32,000 nt of DNA, from NCBI GenBank assembly GCA_021735045.1, contig JAIPHU010000005.1, positions 1 to 32,000 on the forward strand, read 5' to 3'. This DNA is from Candidatus Omnitrophota bacterium (GTDB lineage Bacteria > Omnitrophota > Gorgyraeia > Duberdicusellales > 4484-171). Under the pieces are notes generated by a model. The model was not told the DNA's origin, did no database searches, and worked only from the letters and a program-made list of their open reading frames with translations. The translations under genes were made by a program, and so were the position numbers. This document shows, one piece after another, positions 26,029 through 32,000 of the stretch. How positions within the stretch are numbered: the stretch's first letter is position 1; each line of letters starts with the position of its first letter.

Positions 26029-27503
26029 GCCTTTTGGCTTAGGTAAAAGTTCCTTTTTTTAAAAAATATAACTGTTAAAAAAATAAAAGAAACTAAAACA
26101 AACCATCCCTTTCTTCTGTTATAAAAACTTCTCTTTTTACTAGTGAGAACCTGAAAGTCTTCTTTAGCCTGAATAAACAGGCTGTCTTTATTCTTTTTTA
26201 ACTTAGTTATATGCCCTTTCGGAGAAACCCATCCGCTAATTCCACTATTTGCAGCTCTAACTATCGATATTCGATTTTCTACGGCCCGCAGGACCATAAT
26301 TGATAGATGTTGTGTTGCCTCCGGCTCCCCATGGAACCAACTATCATCAGTTATATTTAATAAAAAATCTTTATCTTCAGCTACCCCTGCCACATAATAA
26401 GGGAAAACATCTTCAAAACAGATCAGAGTGGCAAAATCTTTATTCTGATAAGAAAAGATCTTTTTTTCTTTGCCTGGAATAATATCACCGATACTGTTTA
26501 ATACTTTGATAAATTTTAAATATTTTCTCAAAGGAACATACTCACCAAAAGGAACTAACTTTATTTTATCATATAGCTGGACCAATCTTGCTTCCGAGTT
26601 AAAGAATAAAGCAGAGTTATAGTGCTTTTTACCTTTTTTAGTAATTGCACCGATGATAATATTTCTTTTATTTCTTCGAACAAACTTATCAATTAACTGA
26701 ATGTTTTTTCTATCCAAAAGATAAGGCCAGGCTGCTTCGGGTAATACAATTAAACTTTCTTTTGGGGTTGCTTTTATAAAAACAGATAAACTTTTTAAAA
26801 TTTCTTTTTTTTCATCTGGAGTTATGAATTGTTTTTCTAATATATTCGGTTGAATTAATGAAACGGTTATCTTTTCTTCTGGTTCAACTTTTTTAAGCCG
26901 GTAGGATGAATACGCAGTTACCACTACAAAAATAAGTAAGAGAAAAAACAGATTCTTTATTATCCCTCTATAATGATTTTTGGAGTCTTTATTTTTGTTT
27001 CTATAAAAAACTATTGTTTCCCAAATTAAAAAGTTTATCAATACAATAGTAAAGCTAATTAACTTTATTCCACCAATATCAGCAATTTGGATTAAATAGA
27101 GGTTATTAAATTGAGAGTAACCTAAATTCCCCCAGCTAAATCCACACCAAATACTTTCTTTTAAAAATTCAACTACCACCCAAGCAGCTGGAATAGCTAA
27201 CTGACGTAAGGGCCTTTTTATAAAAAAGGTGCTTAATAAATAAAAAATTAAGTAAAACAGAGATAAATAAATTATAAGCAGGACAAACCCTAATACAGAC
27301 ACATAAGCTACCCAATAAAGCGTTAGGCCGTAGTAGGTAGTCCCAAATATTAAAAAATAGGTAGCCCCCTTTAACGAGGCTTTTTTGTTTAATAAATAAA
27401 AAAACGGGATAAGGGAAATCCAAATTAAAAAAGAAAAGGAAGGAAGGTTGAAGCTTAAAGCAACTCCTAAACCACTTATTATCGCTAAAGCTATCTTTTT
27501 CAT
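26025..27503 (-). CDS. lnt: Apolipoprotein N-acyltransferase
   Basis: Multi-TM N-terminal half plus a CN-hydrolase domain with LPE, K, and LICFEDVF (catalytic Cys) motifs. Confidence 0.88.
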   Translation of the reverse strand: MKKIALAIISGLGVALSFNLPSFSFLIWISLIPFFYLLNKKASLKGATYFLIFGTTYYGLTLYWVAYVSVLGFVLLIIYLSLFYLIFYLLSTFFIKRPLRQLAIPAAWVVVEFLKESIWCGFSWGNLGYSQFNNLYLIQIADIGGIKLISFTIVLINFLIWETIVFYRNKNKDSKNHYRGIIKNLFFLLLIFVVVTAYSSYRLKKVEPEEKITVSLIQPNILEKQFITPDEKKEILKSLSVFIKATPKESLIVLPEAAWPYLLDRKNIQLIDKFVRRNKRNIIIGAITKKGKKHYNSALFFNSEARLVQLYDKIKLVPFGEYVPLRKYLKFIKVLNSIGDIIPGKEKKIFSYQNKDFATLICFEDVFPYYVAGVAEDKDFLLNITDDSWFHGEPEATQHLSIMVLRAVENRISIVRAANSGISGWVSPKGHITKLKKNKDSLFIQAKEDFQVLTSKKRSFYNRRKGWFVLVSFIFLTVIFFKKRNFYLSQKA

Positions 27504-27512
27504 CTATCTATA

Positions 27513-27540
27513 GACTTTTGACTATGGACTATGGACTTTA
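27513..27540. repeat. Four tandem 7-bp units in the secA/lnt junction
   Basis: Plus strand GACTTTT GACTATG GACTATG GACTTTA. The GACT core is invariant with 7-bp period. The last unit contains the secA stop codon. Confidence 0.8.
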
Positions 27541-30381
27541 TCTGCCGCAACATTTTTTGTATTTTTTACCCGAACCGCAAGGACACGGATCATTCCGGCC
27601 TACTTTCTTACCTGCCGCTTTAGGTGTTTTTGGTTTCTTTTTGGTAGGTTCTTTTTTTCTTAAAGGCGAGTATTTAGAGTGGACAAAGCTTGTTTGGCCC
27701 TCAGTAAAAACTTCGCGTTTTTGCTCAGGTTTAATTTTTGCCTTATAGATTAAATCTACCACCTTCTCCTTGATTGAACCAATCATTTCTTGAAAAGCAA
27801 AAAAAGTCTCTTTTTGATATTCTACCAAAGGATCAGCTTGGGCATGGCCCCGGAGATGGATACCTTCTTTTAGATGATCCAACACCAAAAGATGTTCTTT
27901 CCATTTTGAATCTAGGGCCCAAAGGCAAACCATCTTCTCCAGCTGACGAATTTCTTCACCAGCCTGTTTTTCTTTTTCCCGGTAAAGTCCGTGTACTTTT
28001 TCTTTTATAAAACTAACCGCGGTTTCTTTTTCTAAATCCGGTAACTGCTTAAGATCTAACTCTAGATTAAACTTTGACTTAATCCACCCAGATAAACCCA
28101 AAATATCCTTTTCTTGGTCAAGGTAAAAAGGCACATTCTTTTCAACCACCTCGTCGGTCATATCAAAAACCATCTCACTGATATTACTGCTTTCTAAGAT
28201 CTCTCTTCTTTGATTATAAATGACCTCTCGCTGTTTATTCATTATATTGTCATACTGAAGAAGTTGCTTCCTAATCTCAAAGTTATGCCCTTCAACTCTT
28301 TTTTGAGCAACTGCCAAAGACCTAGTAATCATTCCATGCTCGATCGGCTGATCTTCAGGAAAACCCAAGGTATCCATCAATCCATAGATACGCTCTGAGC
28401 CAAAAAGACGCATCAGGTCATCTTCTAAAGAAACATAAAACCGAGAAGACCCAGGATCACCCTGCCTACCGGCCCGGCCGCGAAGCTGATTATCAATCCT
28501 GCGTGCTTCATGACGCTGGGAGCCAATTATATGAAGCCCGCCAACTTCTACAACTTTTTGATGTTCTTTTCCAAACTCATCCTTGTAGCGCTTATAGATT
28601 TCTTGGTATTTGACTTCATATTTTTCTTCTTCAGGATTAATATTATTTCGCTTTAACACATCTTTTATAAAGTAATCCAGATTTCCCCCTAAAACAATAT
28701 CCGTACCTCTTCCGGCCATATTGGTAGCAATAGTTACAGCTCCCACCTTACCGGCTTGAGCTATAATCTGAGCTTCCTTTTGGTGGTGCTTAGCATTTAA
28801 TATATTATGAGAAATTCCTTTTTTGGATAAAAGAAAAGATAAAGTTTCTGAATCTTCTATAGATGTTGTTCCTACCAATACCGGCCTTTTTTGGTTATTG
28901 CACTCACAAATTTCTTCGATAACTGAATCAAATTTTGCTCTTTTTGTTTTATATATTCTATCAGGATAATTACTTCTAATTAAAGGTTTATTAGTAGGGA
29001 TAACATCAACATCAAGTTTGTAGATATGCCTAAACTCTTTAGCTTCAGTATAGGCTGTCCCGGTCATTCCGGCTAACTTATCATACATTCTAAAATAGTT
29101 CTGTAGGGTAACTGTAGCAAGGGTTTGGCTTTCTCTTTGTATATTGAGGCCTTCTTTAGCTTCAACCGCCTGATGCAAACCATCAGACCAACGCCGGCCC
29201 GGCATAAGACGGCCAGTAAACTCATCTACGATCATAACCTTACCTTCTTTTACAATATATTCTTTTTCACGCTGAAATAACCGATGAGCTCTAAGGCTTT
29301 GATTAATATAATGCATCCAGGGATTAGATTGTTTATCAGGAGCCTCGTCATTAATATTACCTATTCCTAATAAACGTTCACACTTTTTCTCTCCGGCGGG
29401 AGTAAGGAAGGTATTGCCAGTTTTTTCTTCAGCTATTGCATCAAAATTCTTTTCTAGCTCTTCTGGACTGATTTTAGTTTGCGTTCCATCTTTACTTTTT
29501 ATAGTTACAGTTTCATCTTTATTCTCAAAACTTTGAATGATTTCTTTTATCTTAAGCTGTCTAACTGCTTTATCGGCTAAATAATATTTTTCAACAAAAG
29601 TGTCAGCTGGCCCAGAAATAATCAGGGGAGTCCTTGCCTCGTCTATTAAGATTGAATCTACTTCATCGACAATCGAATAAAAATGCCCCCGCTGAACCAT
29701 ATCGTCTAGGTCGCCTACCATATTATCTCTTAGGTAATCAAAGCCAAACTCATTATTTGTTCCATAAGTTATATCACAACCATAAGCTCTTTTTTTATCC
29801 GGCTTGTCCATCTCACTTTGTATTACCCCGACGGTCAACCCTAAAAATTGATAAATAGGGCCCATCCATTCAGCATCCCTTTTTGCTAAATAGTCATTTA
29901 CAGTGACAATATGGACTCCCCGTCCGACTAAAGCATTCAAGGAAGCTGCTAAAGTAGCAACTAAAGTTTTTCCTTCCCCAGTAACCATTTCTGCTATTTT
30001 ATTTTTATGTAATACAATCCCCCCGATAATTTGGACATCAAAATGACGCATTCCTACAGTTCGTCTAGCAGCTTCCCGCACTAAAGCAAAGTAAAAAGGC
30101 AAAATCCCATCAAGGATATTTTCTCTTTCTTTAGGTTCAGCTTTATCAGTTAATTTATTTTTTATTAATTTCCTAAACTCTAAGGTCTTTTCTTTAAAAT
30201 AAGAATCCGGCTTATTAATTAATTCTGATTCGAAAGAATTAACCTTACTAGTTATCGGAGCCAGATGGGCAACCTCTCTTACCGAAGGAGCAGGTAACTC
30301 TTTATTCAACAAAATATTGACCTTTGGTTCTAACTTATTAATTTTTTTCTGCGCCTTTCTAAAAATAAAGCCTCTTAACAT
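27538..30381 (-). CDS. secA: Preprotein translocase ATPase SecA
   Basis: Walker A MVTGEGKT, DEVDSILIDEARTPLIISG, TNMAGRGTDI, and C-terminal zinc finger CPCGSGKKYKKCCG. SD GAGGAG at 30396..30391. Confidence 0.97.
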   Translation of the reverse strand: MLRGFIFRKAQKKINKLEPKVNILLNKELPAPSVREVAHLAPITSKVNSFESELINKPDSYFKEKTLEFRKLIKNKLTDKAEPKERENILDGILPFYFALVREAARRTVGMRHFDVQIIGGIVLHKNKIAEMVTGEGKTLVATLAASLNALVGRGVHIVTVNDYLAKRDAEWMGPIYQFLGLTVGVIQSEMDKPDKKRAYGCDITYGTNNEFGFDYLRDNMVGDLDDMVQRGHFYSIVDEVDSILIDEARTPLIISGPADTFVEKYYLADKAVRQLKIKEIIQSFENKDETVTIKSKDGTQTKISPEELEKNFDAIAEEKTGNTFLTPAGEKKCERLLGIGNINDEAPDKQSNPWMHYINQSLRAHRLFQREKEYIVKEGKVMIVDEFTGRLMPGRRWSDGLHQAVEAKEGLNIQRESQTLATVTLQNYFRMYDKLAGMTGTAYTEAKEFRHIYKLDVDVIPTNKPLIRSNYPDRIYKTKRAKFDSVIEEICECNNQKRPVLVGTTSIEDSETLSFLLSKKGISHNILNAKHHQKEAQIIAQAGKVGAVTIATNMAGRGTDIVLGGNLDYFIKDVLKRNNINPEEEKYEVKYQEIYKRYKDEFGKEHQKVVEVGGLHIIGSQRHEARRIDNQLRGRAGRQGDPGSSRFYVSLEDDLMRLFGSERIYGLMDTLGFPEDQPIEHGMITRSLAVAQKRVEGHNFEIRKQLLQYDNIMNKQREVIYNQRREILESSNISEMVFDMTDEVVEKNVPFYLDQEKDILGLSGWIKSKFNLELDLKQLPDLEKETAVSFIKEKVHGLYREKEKQAGEEIRQLEKMVCLWALDSKWKEHLLVLDHLKEGIHLRGHAQADPLVEYQKETFFAFQEMIGSIKEKVVDLIYKAKIKPEQKREVFTEGQTSFVHSKYSPLRKKEPTKKKPKTPKAAGKKVGRNDPCPCGSGKKYKKCCGR

Positions 30382-30398
30382 CTTAATTTTCTCCTCAT

Positions 30399-30426
30399 CT
30401 TCTAACTTCTAACTTCTATCTTCCCC
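30399..30426. repeat. Four tandem 7-bp units spanning the prfB stop codon
   Basis: Plus strand CTTCTAA CTTCTAA CTTCTAT CTTCCCC. The CTTC core is invariant with 7-bp period. The repeat covers the last prfB codons and the TAG stop. Confidence 0.8.
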
Positions 30427-31515
30427 ACCCTGACTCTTATTTACCCATTTCAGGTACCCCCAAATAAAGTCATCCAGCTGCCCATTTAATACAGCTTCAG
30501 CATTATGATTTTCAATACCTGTTCTGTGGTCTTTTACCAAAAGATAGGGATGAAGAATATAAGACCTAATCTGTGAACCCCACTCTATCTTTTGTTTTTT
30601 ACCTTTCATCTTATTAAGCTCATCTTGTTTTTCTTCTTCTTTTAGCTCAAACAGCTTAGCTTTTAAAACTTTAAAAGCAGCATGTTTATTCTGGTGCTGA
30701 GACCGTTGATTCTGGCAACTTACCACTACCCCTGAAGAAATATGAGTAATCCTTACAGCAGAATCTGTAACGTTAACATGTTGACCACCGGCTCCGGAAG
30801 CACGGTAGGTATCTATCCTTACATCCTGCGGTGCAATCTCAATATCTATGTCACCTTCAATCTCCGGAATAACATCAACTGAAGCAAAAGAAGTATGCCT
30901 GCGCCGGCTAGAATCAAAAGGAGAAATTCTTACTAGCCTGTGGACCCCTCTTTCTGATTTCAACAACCCATAAACGCGTATTCCTTCAATAAAAAAAGTT
31001 ATACTTTTTATCCCAGCTTCATCCCCTTGAACTTGGTTAACTACCTTTAGATTAAACTTTTTTTCCTCTGCCCAGCGAAAATACATTCTAAACAACATCT
31101 CAGCCCAATCACAAGCTTCTGTGCCACCAGCTCCAGAATTAATTTCAACTATTGCATTAGCTTGATCAAATTTAGCTGAAAAAAGAGTCTTTAACTCCAA
31201 TTTTTTATATTTTTTTTCTACTTTTTTTAATTCTTGATTAATTTCTGGTTCAAGGGAACTATCTCCCATATTAATAAACTCTTCTAGTTCACCCAGCTTA
31301 CTATGCAAGTATTCCCAATCTCCCACATCAGTTTTAAGCCTTTTTAATTTTTTAACCGTTTCAGTTGAAGAATTGTTATTTTGCCAAAAATCTGACTCTG
31401 CCATTTGATTCTGTAGTTCTTTCATCTTTTCTTTTTTCTTTTCTATTGCTAATACCTTTTTTAAGCCAGCAGTACCTTTTTTTAACGTTAAAACTTTGCT
31501 CTTTATATCTTCCAT
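30409..31515 (-). CDS. prfB: Peptide chain release factor 2, encoded in a single frame (no programmed +1 frameshift)
   Basis: SPF tripeptide (RISPFDS) and GGQ (SGAGGQHVN). The N-terminus aligns with RF2 without an in-frame TGA. Confidence 0.93.
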   Translation of the reverse strand: MEDIKSKVLTLKKGTAGLKKVLAIEKKKEKMKELQNQMAESDFWQNNNSSTETVKKLKRLKTDVGDWEYLHSKLGELEEFINMGDSSLEPEINQELKKVEKKYKKLELKTLFSAKFDQANAIVEINSGAGGTEACDWAEMLFRMYFRWAEEKKFNLKVVNQVQGDEAGIKSITFFIEGIRVYGLLKSERGVHRLVRISPFDSSRRRHTSFASVDVIPEIEGDIDIEIAPQDVRIDTYRASGAGGQHVNVTDSAVRITHISSGVVVSCQNQRSQHQNKHAAFKVLKAKLFELKEEEKQDELNKMKGKKQKIEWGSQIRSYILHPYLLVKDHRTGIENHNAEAVLNGQLDDFIWGYLKWVNKSQGGEDRS

Positions 31516-31541
31516 ATAAATATTATATCGTTTGTTTGGGC

Positions 31542-32000
31542 CTAGATAAGATTTTTATTGCGGAACTCTAACTCTAAATCCTCTCTTTGATCTGAGTATT
31601 CTAAGGCAACTTGACTGGCTATTTCTTTTGATTCAACCAATTCTAGAAGTGACTGATTAAATGTCTTCATCCCGTAAACATCCCCCGAAGCTATATATTT
31701 AGGTATCTCAAAAATTTTATCTTCTCTTATTAATCTGGATATAGAAGGGCTTAAAACCATCGACTCATAAGCAGGTATAAGCCCGCCCTCTTGTTTAGGA
31801 ATTAACCTTTGTGAAACTACACCTTTTAATAAAGTAGAAAGTTGACTAATAATTAAACCATGTTGATGAGGCGGGAAAAAGTTTATAATTCTCTGTATTG
31901 TTGAAGACGCATTTACCGTATGAATTGTAGAAAAAACTAAAACTCCAGTCTCAGCCGCAGTTAAAGCAGCATAACAAGTTTCGGCATCTCTAATATTACC
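31542..32000 (-). CDS. pilT: Type IV pilus retraction ATPase PilT family, C-terminal part (truncated by the window edge)
   Basis: The frame is open from 32000. My translation is GNIRDAETCYAALTAAETGVLVFSTIHTVNASSTIQRIINFFPP...SQRLIP..., continuing into the track ORF MVLSPSISRLIRE... These are conserved PilT/PilU motifs. Confidence 0.8.
   Translation of the reverse strand, partial: GNIRDAETCYAALTAAETGVLVFSTIHTVNASSTIQRIINFFPPHQHGLIISQLSTLLKGVVSQRLIPKQEGGLIPAYESMVLSPSISRLIREDKIFEIPKYIASGDVYGMKTFNQSLLELVESKEIASQVALEYSDQREDLELEFRNKNLI

Noticed and set aside
27538-30381. An apparent ~20-residue insertion near the SecA N-terminus (LLNKELPAPSVREVAHLAPIT...), judged against E. coli SecA as I recall it.
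   Set aside because: This is based on a by-eye alignment from memory. N-terminal variability in SecA is common, and there is no functional implication I can support.
30409-31515. I looked for the canonical programmed +1 frameshift (in-frame TGA near codon 26, CTT TGA C with an upstream SD-like element) in prfB.
   Set aside because: The gene reads through in one frame from the ATG at 31515 (MEDIKSKVLTLKKGTAGLKKVLAIEKKKE...). It aligns to full-length RF2 and has no internal stop. Frameshift-less prfB is known in a sizeable minority of bacteria, so this is not novel.
1-32000. I searched for CRISPR repeats, tRNA/rRNA genes, transposases, integrases, inverted terminal repeats, phage genes, toxin-antitoxin pairs and known defence-system components.
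   Set aside because: None was found. All intergenic gaps are 202 bp or shorter and none folds into a tRNA-like sequence. All large ORFs are accounted for by housekeeping or envelope functions, apart from the two unknown envelope proteins reported as findings.

Overview
This is a visibly AT-rich, gene-dense window. I call 28 protein-coding genes, two of them partial at the window edges. All are on the minus strand except comF-lptF-lptG (7501..10366).

Most of the content is ordinary housekeeping:
- argC-argJ-argB, probably followed by argD
- a DUF192 protein, a 4HBT thioesterase, a small membrane protein and an RluA-type pseudouridine synthase
- a histidine kinase with a stand-alone receiver
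- comF-lptF-lptG
- alr, tsaB, tsaE, mtnA, tatD, metG, ricT (PSP1), holB
- a class II ribonucleotide reductase
- an LpxL-family acyltransferase, lnt, secA, prfB and the 3' part of a pilT-family ATPase

LptFG, Lnt, an LpxL-like enzyme and a large beta-barrel protein point to a diderm organism. I cannot assign a taxon from the sequence alone. I found no rRNA, tRNA, CRISPR array, transposase, integrase, phage gene or recognisable defence system.

The only segment that is not textbook is 20016..24967. It holds an 886-aa signal-peptide/TPR/beta-barrel outer-membrane protein of no family I recognise. Next come a membrane-anchored ~300-residue coiled-coil protein with a small C-terminal beta domain, and a translationally coupled LacI-family repressor. 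A LacI-type palindrome (TGTAAGCGTTTACT) overlaps the predicted -35 of the outer-membrane protein gene. I rate this a moderate-interest candidate module, not a demonstrated new system.

Smaller sequence-level oddities:
- two tandem GC-rich hairpins with compensatory stem changes after argB
- an orphan terminator-like hairpin between divergent promoters
- 7-bp tandem repeats at the prfB/secA and secA/lnt junctions
- tandem NrdR-box-like sites upstream of nrdJ
- several operon-first genes whose promoter geometry predicts leaderless or near-leaderless mRNAs, while most genes lack a Shine-Dalgarno (SD) sequence
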